NCBI GenBank assembly: GCA_041690395.1
Contig: JAWLHJ010000002.1
Span: 388,707 to 452,706 of the forward strand
Direction: 5' to 3'
Source of the DNA: Longimicrobiales bacterium
GTDB taxonomy: Bacteria > Gemmatimonadota > Gemmatimonadetes > Longimicrobiales > Gaopeijiaceae
Length of the DNA stretch: 64,000 bases
A model generated the notes under the pieces. That model did no database searches. It was not told the DNA's origin and saw only the letters and a program-made list of their open reading frames with translations. The position numbers and the translations under genes were made by a program. Positions 30,224 through 37,963 of this stretch are shown here, piece by piece; positions within the stretch are counted from its first letter, which is position 1; every line of letters starts with the position of its first letter.

Positions 30224-30889
30224 ATGGCCAGAGCACGGACGACTTCCCTGATCACGTTGCTGGCCGCCGGCCTCGCCGCGTGCGGTGGGGACGCGCCGCC
30301 GGAGGGCGCCGAAACCGCCGACCCGGCCACCGCCGCAGCTCCGGCGGCCGACGTCGTATACGGTGACGACGGCTTCGTGGCGGTCGGCTCGCCGGCCCCC
30401 GACTTCGCACTCCGCGGCGCCACGCGCTTCGGCGTGCTGGCCGAGCCCGTCAGCCTGAGCGACTACAGCGGCAAGACGGTGGTGCTCGCCTTCTTCTTCC
30501 GAGCGCGAGGGCGTGGCTGAACGGTCCAGATGACGGCGTACCGTGATCAGTACGCGAGCCTCTTCAACAACGGTCGGAACGTGGTCGTGCTGGGCATCAC
30601 CCAGGACCCCGCGGAGGACCTCCACGACTGGCTGGCCGAGACGGACTTCCCGTTCGTGTTCGCCAGCGACGGCGTGAACGACGCCGGCACCTACGCGCTC
30701 TACGGCGGTCCGCTCCGGAACGAGGACGGCACCACGAACATCGACATGAGAACCGTCGTGGTGGTGGGGCCGGACGGGAACGTCGCGGCGGTGATCCCCG
30801 AGTTCAGGCAGGTCGACCCGACCGCCTACGAGGAGCTGGCCGCCATCATCGACCGGGTGACCCCGGAGCCGGAGGATGTGGAGCCGTGA
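30224..30889 (+). CDS. Lipoprotein peroxiredoxin-like selenoprotein 2; TGA 30518-30520 read as Sec99
   Basis: Track ORFs 30119..30520 and 30530..30889 are in one frame. Lipobox LAAC; VGSPAPDFAL...VVLAFFFRARGRG-U-TVQMTAYRDQY...DFPFVFASD...MRTVVVVGPDG. Paralog of 26211..26813. Confidence 0.88.
30536..30555 (+). promoter_or_regulatory. Putative bacterial SECIS hairpin 2
   Basis: Same 20-mer GCGTACCGTGATCAGTACGC at +16 from the TGA. Confidence 0.75.
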
Positions 30890-31040
30890 CGTCGTCGTGA
30901 CGCTCCGGACACCCGGCGGATTTGACGCGGCGCGTCTGGCACCGTCCATTGGGAACGATTTCGACGACTGAGTCTGCCAGGCGCACCCGGCCCCTCCCCC
31001 GGAACGCCCGAAACGTCGATCCGTAACCGTGGAGGTCGGC

Positions 31041-31277
31041 TTGAGCGATCCGACGACCCGAGGGTCCACCGGAAGGGACGTATTGACCCTTCTGGCCTTC
31101 TTCCTGGCCGGCGTGCCGATGGCCTACTTCATCTGGCACACGTTGAGCGACCTGCTGCGCGGCATCGTGGACCTCCCCGCCCTGGCGATCACCGCCGTGC
31201 TCGTCGGCGTGTTCGTCGTCTTCGCCCGTTTCTTCGGGAGCACCATCCTCCGGATGGCGGACCGAAAGGAGATCTGA
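31041..31277 (+). CDS. Small two-TM membrane protein at the head of the oxidase operon
   Basis: GGAGG RBS then TTG 31041; two hydrophobic helices; 3 nt from the next gene. Confidence 0.7.
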   Translation: MSDPTTRGSTGRDVLTLLAFFLAGVPMAYFIWHTLSDLLRGIVDLPALAITAVLVGVFVVFARFFGSTILRMADRKEI

Positions 31278-31280
31278 CGG

Positions 31281-31424
31281 ATGAGTGAGCCCGGCCCCGA
31301 CGGCCCGTCCCTACCGGACGACGAGATCCCCCCGCCCATCGGCACGTTGTTCTTCGTCACTATTTACTTGATGGTGATGGCCGGCATGTGGGGAGCGATC
31401 TACATCCTGATGCTCGAGAGGTAG
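31281..31424 (+). CDS. Cytochrome ba3 oxidase subunit IIa-like peptide (47 aa)
   Basis: Not in the track. MSEPGPDGPSLPDDEIPPPIGTLFFVTIYLMVMAGMWGAIYILMLER*; the P-x-GTL...W..IY....R pattern and position before subunit II fit CoxIIa; AAGGAG RBS. Confidence 0.8.
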   Translation: MSEPGPDGPSLPDDEIPPPIGTLFFVTIYLMVMAGMWGAIYILMLER

Positions 31425-31430
31425 ACCACC

Positions 31431-31898
31431 ATGCACGTCGAGCGATTCGAGAAAGCGTTCCTGATCCTTTCCGCGGCGATGCTCCTGACCTTCCTCGGCG
31501 CCCTCTTCTACGCTGCATGGGGGATGGGGCACATGCTTCCGGACAGGGAAGCCGAGATCATTCCCGCCGAGGTGACCCTGACGCCCCCCTTCGACCAGCC
31601 GGGCATCCGGCAGATCGGAGAGAACCACTACGAAGCCGTGATCGTCGCGCAGGCGTGGGCCTTCAACCCGTCTGAGATCCGCGTGCCGGTGGGCGCGCGC
31701 GTCGACTTCCTCGTGGCCACGATCGACGTGCTTCACGGATTCTCCATCGAGGACGCGCTGGTGAACGGCATGGTCCTACCCGGACAGGTCACGCGCATCA
31801 GCTACACGTTCCGCGAGCCACGTGAGCACTTGATCCTGTGCCACGAGTATTGCGGCTTCGGACACCACGCCATGTTCGGAAGGGTGATCGTCGAATGA
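31431..31898 (+). CDS. cbaB: Cytochrome c oxidase subunit II, ba3/B-family, CuA
   Basis: Single TM; DVLHGF and CHEYCGFGHHAM CuA ligands. Confidence 0.93.
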   Translation: MHVERFEKAFLILSAAMLLTFLGALFYAAWGMGHMLPDREAEIIPAEVTLTPPFDQPGIRQIGENHYEAVIVAQAWAFNPSEIRVPVGARVDFLVATIDVLHGFSIEDALVNGMVLPGQVTRISYTFREPREHLILCHEYCGFGHHAMFGRVIVE

Positions 31899-33568
31899 GC
31901 ACTTCCGTCGTCCACGACCCGACCGGGTTCGAGCTGCCGGACAGCCAGCGCCGGGCGATCCGGTACATGATCTACCTCGGCTTCGCCGCGGTGTCCGTCG
32001 GCTTCCTCAACGGACTCGGGCAGGCGCTCAGCTACGCCGGCATCAACATCTATCAGTACTTCCCCGGCATGCGGTCGTACTATCAGGGCCTGACCGTCCA
32101 TGGGGTGCTGAACGCGATCGTGTTCACGTTCTCCTTCGCCAACGGCTTCCTGGCGCTGACGACCGCCCGCGCCCTGGGACGGCCCTTGAACGGAAAGCTG
32201 CTCTGGGCGACGCTCGCGATCACGCTCCTCGGCACCGGGCTCGCCGGCTACGCCATGGTGACCGGACAAGCATCGGTCCTGTACACGTTCTACCCGCCCC
32301 TCCAGGCCCACTGGACCTACTACCTCGGGCTCGCCCTGCTGGTCGTCGGGACCTGGGTGCTCTCCGCGGCGCTCTTTCTCGGCCTCTCCAAGTGGCGGAA
32401 GGAGCACCCGGGCTCGCGCATCCCGCTGCTGGCATTCGTCTCCGTCGCGACCTACGTGATGTGGGACATCGCTTCGCTGGGCATCGCGGTGGAGGTCGTG
32501 GGCTTCCTCCTCCCTTGGTCTCTCGGGCTGCTGGACGGCACCGACCCACTCCTGAGCCGCACGCTGTTCTGGTTCACCGGTCACCCCATCGTGTACTTCT
32601 GGCTGCTTCCGGCGTACGTGTCGTGGTACTGCATGGTGCCGAAGCATGCCGGCGGCACGCTGTTCAGCGACACGCTCACGCGCACGGTGTTCGTGATGTT
32701 CCTGGCCCTCTCCATCCCCGTGGGCTTCCATCACCAGTACACGGATCCGGGGATCCAAGGTGGGTTCAAGGCGGTTCACGCGGTGCTCACGTTCGGCGTG
32801 CTCTACCCGTCGCTGGTGACCGCATTCTCGGTGATGTGGGCGCTGGAGATCGGGGCCAGACGAAGAGGCGGAACGGGCCTCATCCGATGGTTCGGCGCTC
32901 TGGACTGGCGTGACCCCGTGCTGGTCACCCAGATCCTGGCCATGATGACCTTTCTGCTGGGTGGCATCACGGGGCTCATCAACGCGTCGTTCAACATGAA
33001 CCTCATCGTCCACAACACGGCCTGGGTGCCCGGCCACTTCCACATGACCGTCGGCTCGGCAGTGGCCATGTCGTTCATGGGGATCGCGTTCTGGATGATC
33101 CCCTACCTGACGGGGCGCGAGCTACTCGGCCGGAAGCTGGCCCTCGCCCAGGCATGGGTGTACTTCGTCGGCGTGATGATCTTCGCCCGGGGCATGATCC
33201 AGGGCGGGCTCGACGGCATGCCGCGGCGCACGGCCATGGTGGACGCGCCCTATCGCGACCTCGTTCCGGAATGGGAGCTCGCGGGCATCCTCACCGGCAT
33301 CGGCGGATCGCTGATGTTCCTGGGCGCCGTGCTCTTCTTCATCGTGTTCCTGGGAACGATCTTCTTCGGCAAGAAGAAGGACGGCTACGGGGACATTCCG
33401 TTCACCGAGACCGTGGAGCCCCCAGCCACGGAAGGGTGGGCCACAAGGCTGGACCATTTCCGGCTCTGGATCGCCATCACCGTGATCCTGATCCTGGTGG
33501 CGTATGGGCCGTTCCTGTTCGAGTACCTGCCACCCAGGCTGACGAGCCCGGCGTGGCGGATCTTCTGA
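31895..33568 (+). CDS. cbaA: Cytochrome c oxidase subunit I, ba3/B-family
   Basis: LTVHGVLNAIVF, WFTGHPIVYFWLLPAY, PVGFHHQY, WVPGHFH, GMPRR; ATGA overlap with subunit II. Confidence 0.95.
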   Translation: MSTSVVHDPTGFELPDSQRRAIRYMIYLGFAAVSVGFLNGLGQALSYAGINIYQYFPGMRSYYQGLTVHGVLNAIVFTFSFANGFLALTTARALGRPLNGKLLWATLAITLLGTGLAGYAMVTGQASVLYTFYPPLQAHWTYYLGLALLVVGTWVLSAALFLGLSKWRKEHPGSRIPLLAFVSVATYVMWDIASLGIAVEVVGFLLPWSLGLLDGTDPLLSRTLFWFTGHPIVYFWLLPAYVSWYCMVPKHAGGTLFSDTLTRTVFVMFLALSIPVGFHHQYTDPGIQGGFKAVHAVLTFGVLYPSLVTAFSVMWALEIGARRRGGTGLIRWFGALDWRDPVLVTQILAMMTFLLGGITGLINASFNMNLIVHNTAWVPGHFHMTVGSAVAMSFMGIAFWMIPYLTGRELLGRKLALAQAWVYFVGVMIFARGMIQGGLDGMPRRTAMVDAPYRDLVPEWELAGILTGIGGSLMFLGAVLFFIVFLGTIFFGKKKDGYGDIPFTETVEPPATEGWATRLDHFRLWIAITVILILVAYGPFLFEYLPPRLTSPAWRIF

Positions 33569-33570
33569 GC

Positions 33571-34074
33571 TCAGCGGCCGAGCACGCGCTCCACGGCACC
33601 CATGAGGTCCTGATCGGCCCCGACGCCGGTGTAGGCCACCTTCCCTTCCGCGTCGAGCAGCACCACCACCGCGGTGGTCGGCGCCTGGTAGGCCCGCACC
33701 GCCGCGCCGCGCGCGTCGTACAGGAACGGATAATCGTGCCCGGCATCCGCGATGTGTCGCTGCACCCGGCGCACGCTCTGCGCCACGGCCACCGCGACAG
33801 CCACGACCGTCACGTCGTCTCCGTGCATCGCCTGGACCCGGTCGATCTCGGGCTGGAGCGCCTCGCACTGCTCGCACCAGGTCGCCCAGAACTCGATGAG
33901 CGCGGGCTTGCCGTCGATGACGTCGAGGAGCGCCACCTCATTGCCCTCGAGGTCCTCGAGCGTCACGGCCGGCGCCTGCGTCCCGATGGGGAGCGACACC
34001 GACTGCGCGGCGGCGTCGCGGGCCGTCGGGAGGAGCACGGACAGGACGGTGAGGAGGGAGAGCAGGCTTCGCAT
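33571..34074 (-). CDS. TlpA-family thiol-disulfide oxidoreductase
   Basis: Signal peptide; IEFWATWCEQC. Confidence 0.9.
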   Translation of the reverse strand: MRSLLSLLTVLSVLLPTARDAAAQSVSLPIGTQAPAVTLEDLEGNEVALLDVIDGKPALIEFWATWCEQCEALQPEIDRVQAMHGDDVTVVAVAVAVAQSVRRVQRHIADAGHDYPFLYDARGAAVRAYQAPTTAVVVLLDAEGKVAYTGVGADQDLMGAVERVLGR

Positions 34075-34127
34075 ATGAGACTCCGGTCAGTGGCGCCGGG
34101 AGGGGTGAGCGCCCGGGGCGGTCAGAA

Positions 34128-34859
34128 TCAGAAGTTGTATCCGGCCAGCACGAAGTAATACTCCGCCATGCCGATCATGATCACCGCGGCGATCCGCTTG
34201 ACCCAGATCATCCACTTCCCCGAACTCGGGAGAAGCGTCACGGTTCCCGAGAAGAGCCCCACCGCGACGAGCAGCGCCGTCATCCCCAGCGAGAACACGA
34301 AGAGGTAGACGAACCCCATGAGGCCGGCCTGCGTGGCCGCCACCCAGGTGAGGACGACAGCGAACGCGGGCGCGCCGCAGGGTGCGGCCACGACACCGGA
34401 CATCGCGCCCATGACGAAGACCGCGCCGTAGGAGCCGCCTTCGGTCTGCGAGGCCTTCTCCAGCCACTTTCTCGGCACCGGTACCGGCAGCACGTCGAGC
34501 ATGGCCAGAGCGAAGAGGATCAGCAGGTTGCCGATCGCGAGGAGGGCCCAGGGGCTCGCGCTGACCGTCCCGAAGAGCTGGCCGGTCAAGCCGGCGAGCG
34601 CACCGAGGAACGCGTAGAGCGTGGCGAGTCCGACCGCGTAGGTCAGGGTGAGCGCGACGGTGCGCGACTTCGGCTGGTCCTCCCGCGACGTCCCCGCGAT
34701 CACCGCGGCGGTGATGGGGATCATCGGATAGACGCACGGCGTGAGACTCGTCAGCAGCCCCGCGCCGAACATCGCGCCGAGCGCGAGGAGAGGGCTGGAC
34801 GAGAGGGCCTGGCTGAGGCCGCCCGCCGGCTCGATCTGCAGAAAAGCGAAGAGTTCCAC
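34128..34859 (-). CDS. ccdA: CcdA/DsbD-beta transmembrane electron transporter
   Basis: SLTPCVYPMIP and AAPCGAP Cys motifs, about 6 TM; start approximate (GTG 34859). Confidence 0.88.
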   Translation of the reverse strand: MELFAFLQIEPAGGLSQALSSSPLLALGAMFGAGLLTSLTPCVYPMIPITAAVIAGTSREDQPKSRTVALTLTYAVGLATLYAFLGALAGLTGQLFGTVSASPWALLAIGNLLILFALAMLDVLPVPVPRKWLEKASQTEGGSYGAVFVMGAMSGVVAAPCGAPAFAVVLTWVAATQAGLMGFVYLFVFSLGMTALLVAVGLFSGTVTLLPSSGKWMIWVKRIAAVIMIGMAEYYFVLAGYNF

Positions 34860-35005
34860 GGGTTCCGGGTCGGTGGGATCGTCGGTCGTGCAAACACCCG
34901 GCCGGTGCGCCGGGTTCCCGCGCAACATCCCACGGGTCACGCGCCGCCGCCAGCACCGCGGTATATTCTCCACTCCTCGTCCGCGATCCCTCTCCCCCAT
35001 CTCCG

Positions 35006-35650
35006 ATGGACACGCACGACACTCCGCACCCGCACCGGGGACGCAGGCTGCGCACACGTATGGCCTCCGGCCTGGTCGTGCTGATCCCCCTCGTGGTGAC
35101 GGTCGCGGTCATCCGCTTCCTGTTCGGATTCACGTCGGGGATCCTGCTGCCGATCATCGACCCCGCGGTGGGGGACTGGCCGCCCATGTGGCGGGCCCTC
35201 CTGTCGCTCACGGTGCTTCTGGCCGCGATCTACATCCTCGGCGAGATCGCGCACCACGTGGTGGGCCGGCGCGTGCTGGGGGTCGGCGAGGCGATCGTGA
35301 TGCGCGTCCCCTTCGTCAAGGTCATCTACTCGGCCTCCAAGCAGGTCGTGGCGGCGTTCCAGGGGCGCGGGACGAGGGCGTTCCAGTCCGTGGTCTTCGT
35401 TGAGCATCCACGTCCGGGGATGCGCGCGATCGGCTTCGTCACGTCGACGACGCGCCGCGAGGACGGACAGCTCTGGAGCACCGTCTTCATCCCGACGACG
35501 CCGAACCCCACGACGGGCTTCCTCCAGCTCGTGAGGGAGGAGGATCTCATCCGCACGAGCTACTCCGTCGAGGACGGCATCAAGATGGTGATGTCGCTGG
35601 GCGTGCTCCTGCCCCGGACGGGCGAAACGGGTCCCAGGCCGACGCCGTAG
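35006..35650 (+). CDS. DUF502 family membrane protein
   Basis: GLVVLIPLVVT, RVPFVKVIYS, VFIPTTPNPTTGFL. Confidence 0.9.
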   Translation: MDTHDTPHPHRGRRLRTRMASGLVVLIPLVVTVAVIRFLFGFTSGILLPIIDPAVGDWPPMWRALLSLTVLLAAIYILGEIAHHVVGRRVLGVGEAIVMRVPFVKVIYSASKQVVAAFQGRGTRAFQSVVFVEHPRPGMRAIGFVTSTTRREDGQLWSTVFIPTTPNPTTGFLQLVREEDLIRTSYSVEDGIKMVMSLGVLLPRTGETGPRPTP

Positions 35651-35699
35651 GGGAGCTTGCCGTATTGGCGCTCGCCCGACGTTTCCTCACTTTCGATGC

Positions 35700-36764
35700 A
35701 TGCTTCGATTCCAACGCACGACCCTGACCCTCGCCACGCTCGGGGCGGTCGCATGCGGGCCGGAGAGCCCGCCGGCCGTCTCCGTCGACGGCGTCGCCTT
35801 CTCCGAGGAGCAGCTCCTCGGCGTATCCGACGATCGCCGTGAGGCGCTCGCCTATCTCACCGCGTTCGGCCTCGCCGTGGCCGACTCGTCGACCGCCGAC
35901 CTGGGGCGACCGCTCATCGAGGAGTGGGCCGACGACCGCCGCCTCGAGACACTCGGGGCGGAGCTCGTCCTGGAGGACCGGGGCGTGGGCGACGACATGC
36001 TCGGGTCCCGCTACCTCACCGACCCCGAGTGGGAGCTGACGGTTCGGCACATCCTCTTCTTCAGCGAGCGCTGGCGATCCGCCCAGCACCGCGCCGAGGC
36101 GGAGGCCAAGGCCGAGCGGGCGATCGAGCGGCTCGAGGGCGGTGCCGACTTCGCCGTGACCGCCGCCGAGCTGTCCGAGGAGCCCGGGGCCGAAGGGCGC
36201 GAGGGGCTGCTCACCCCCGGTCGCGAGGGCTCCTGGGTCCCCGAGTTCTGGGCCGCGGCGCTGGCCTTGGAGCCGGGCGAGATCAGCCCGGTGACCGAGA
36301 CCCAGTACGGATACCACATCCTCCGGCTGGAGGACCGCGAGGTGGTCCCGTTCGAGGAAGCGCGTGCGACCGTCGCTCGTGAGGTTGCTCGTCAGATCGC
36401 GGACCCCATGGAAGCGCTCGAGGCCTGGCTCGACGAACGAGGGCTCACGGGCGACGAGGAGCGGCGCGCCGCCGCGCTGGCGGAGGCCGATGCACGGGGG
36501 ATCACCGCGACGGACGCTGAGCGGGCCGAGCTCGAGCGGCGCTGGGACGACCTGGTCTACCGATGGACGGCCACGTTCGGCTTCCGCTACGGCGTGACGC
36601 CGGAGCAGGTCGGCCAGGCCGCGCTGGCCGCGCTCGCCCAGTCGGGCCAGAACGCGGGCATCGCGCGCTCCGAGCTGCAGGGCCACGCCCGTCTGTTCGA
36701 GCGCCGGCACGACATCCGCCTGACCTCGACCGATGAGCAGCCCCCGGAGCCCGAATCGCCTTGA
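35700..36764 (+). CDS. Parvulin/PpiC-type peptidyl-prolyl isomerase lipoprotein
   Basis: Lipobox AVAC; VRHIL, FAVTAAELSEE, VPEF, SPVTETQYGYHIL. Confidence 0.88.
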   Translation: MLRFQRTTLTLATLGAVACGPESPPAVSVDGVAFSEEQLLGVSDDRREALAYLTAFGLAVADSSTADLGRPLIEEWADDRRLETLGAELVLEDRGVGDDMLGSRYLTDPEWELTVRHILFFSERWRSAQHRAEAEAKAERAIERLEGGADFAVTAAELSEEPGAEGREGLLTPGREGSWVPEFWAAALALEPGEISPVTETQYGYHILRLEDREVVPFEEARATVAREVARQIADPMEALEAWLDERGLTGDEERRAAALAEADARGITATDAERAELERRWDDLVYRWTATFGFRYGVTPEQVGQAALAALAQSGQNAGIARSELQGHARLFERRHDIRLTSTDEQPPEPESP

Positions 36765-37432
36765 ATCGCTCCAGCAAGCGGAAGCTTCGGTTCCTCGCGG
36801 TGTTCGGGGCGTTCTTCACCGCGCTCTGGTTCCTCTGGAACACGCCGGTCGTGTATCCGCTGAAGATCTTCGTGGTCCTCCTCCACGAGCTCAGCCACGC
36901 CGGCGCGTCGTTGGCGACGGGCGGCAGCATCCAGCGGATCGAGCTCGACCCCTATCAGGGCGGCGCCTGCTACTGCCCGGGCGGCAATGCCTTCCTCGTG
37001 CTGAGCGCGGGCTATCTCGGCAGCCTCGCCTGGGGCGGCGCGATGTTCGCCGCCGCCCGGACGCGGCGCGTCCGGACGGACCTCGTGAACACGGGGATCG
37101 CCGTGGTCGTGGTGCTGGCGACGCTCCTGTACGTGAGGAGCCCGTTCGGTGTCGGATTCGGCCTGCTGTTCGGGCTGGTCCTGTTATGGGTCGCCCAACG
37201 AGCCGGCAGCGGGGTCAACCGCGGCATCCTGCTCACCCTGGGCCTCACCAGCAGCCTGTACGCGATCCTCGACATCAAGAGCGACGTGCTCGACCGGCCG
37301 GGGCTCCGCTCCGACGCCGCCATGCTCGCCGAGATCACCGGGGTGCCGACCGTCGTGTGGGGAGTGCTCTGGATCACCGTGGCGATCGCGTTCAGCGCGC
37401 GGCTGCTCTGGAGGGCGTACCGCACCGCTTGA
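36761..37432 (+). CDS. M50B-like membrane metallopeptidase
   Basis: LHELSHA (HExxH), AGYLG, SDA motif; multi-TM. Confidence 0.88.
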   Translation: MNRSSKRKLRFLAVFGAFFTALWFLWNTPVVYPLKIFVVLLHELSHAGASLATGGSIQRIELDPYQGGACYCPGGNAFLVLSAGYLGSLAWGGAMFAAARTRRVRTDLVNTGIAVVVVLATLLYVRSPFGVGFGLLFGLVLLWVAQRAGSGVNRGILLTLGLTSSLYAILDIKSDVLDRPGLRSDAAMLAEITGVPTVVWGVLWITVAIAFSARLLWRAYRTA

Positions 37433-37540
37433 CCGCTGACGGTCGGTCCACAGCGGCGGGCAAGATGCGATCCGCGGCCACGAGATGTCGTGCCGCCCGA
37501 GCCTCGAGACACTACCCATCGTGCCCGACGCACGTGGGGC

Positions 37541-37570
37541 TTGCATTCGTCGGCCGAAGGCTTTTATCAT
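37541..37570 (+). promoter_or_regulatory. Sigma70-type promoter for the intergenic transcript
   Basis: TTGCAT-N18-TATCAT in an otherwise GC-rich region. Confidence 0.6.
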
Positions 37571-37576
37571 GGCTCT

Positions 37577-37874
37577 GTCCGAGACCGATACGTCTTCGGA
37601 TGGGCCCCGGTGGGTTCCGACAGGAGCGCACCCGGTGGACCGAGAGCTCACGCTCTCCGGTGCTCAGCCCGATGTCGACCCGCAAAAAGGAGGTGATCCT
37701 TGTCTAGTCCGAGTACCCTGTCCAACCTGGCACGGGCAAGCGATCGCCGGATCGGCTTCTGAAGTCGGACCGTAGATTCATGTAGTTCGCTGTTCGCGCC
37801 GTACCTGGCCATCGCGCTGGGTTGCGACAGTTCGGACGCCGTCGGGGCAGCAAGCCCGGCGGCGTCTTTCGTTT
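37577..37874 (+). ncRNA. Candidate structured ncRNA or small-peptide mRNA of unknown family
   Basis: Promoter, several nested hairpins, an apparently unpaired AAAAAGGAGGTGATCC, a 20-codon TTG ORF (37700-37762) and an intrinsic terminator. Confidence 0.55.
37835..37874 (+). terminator. Intrinsic terminator
   Basis: GACGCCGTCGGG / CCCGGCGGCGTC 12-bp stem followed by TTTCGTTT. Confidence 0.8.
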
Positions 37875-37963
37875 ATACGTGGGGTGCGCCAGGACGTGGC
37901 GACCGACGGTCGGCTCATCCTGGCTCGTCGAACCCAACAACGGGCCACCGGGTAAGGTTCCAC

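Noticed and set aside
26445..30520. Nonsense pseudogenes or a genome-wide TGA reassignment as the explanation for the split redoxins
   Set aside because: The same codon is affected in both diverged paralogs, at the catalytic Cys site and with a conserved hairpin. TGA is a normal stop for many other genes here (cbaA, tyrS, the permeases).
30890..31040. FNR/Crp box upstream of the ba3 operon
   Set aside because: TTGACG is present but there is no matching ATCAA/GTCAA half-site at the right spacing.
31895..33568. Nitric oxide reductase variant of the B-family
   Set aside because: The active-site helix keeps both His and the cross-linking Tyr (GHPIVYFW), consistent with an O2 reductase.
37686..37699. 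16S rRNA gene end on the minus strand
   Set aside because: The match stops after AAAGGAGGTGATCC; a real 16S would continue with AGCCGCA-like sequence, but here it continues TTGTCT.
37433..37963. Cobalamin riboswitch upstream of the BtuF-like gene
   Set aside because: I could not find the hallmark segments (GGGAA...CCCGCAACTGT, GCCACTG, B12 box).
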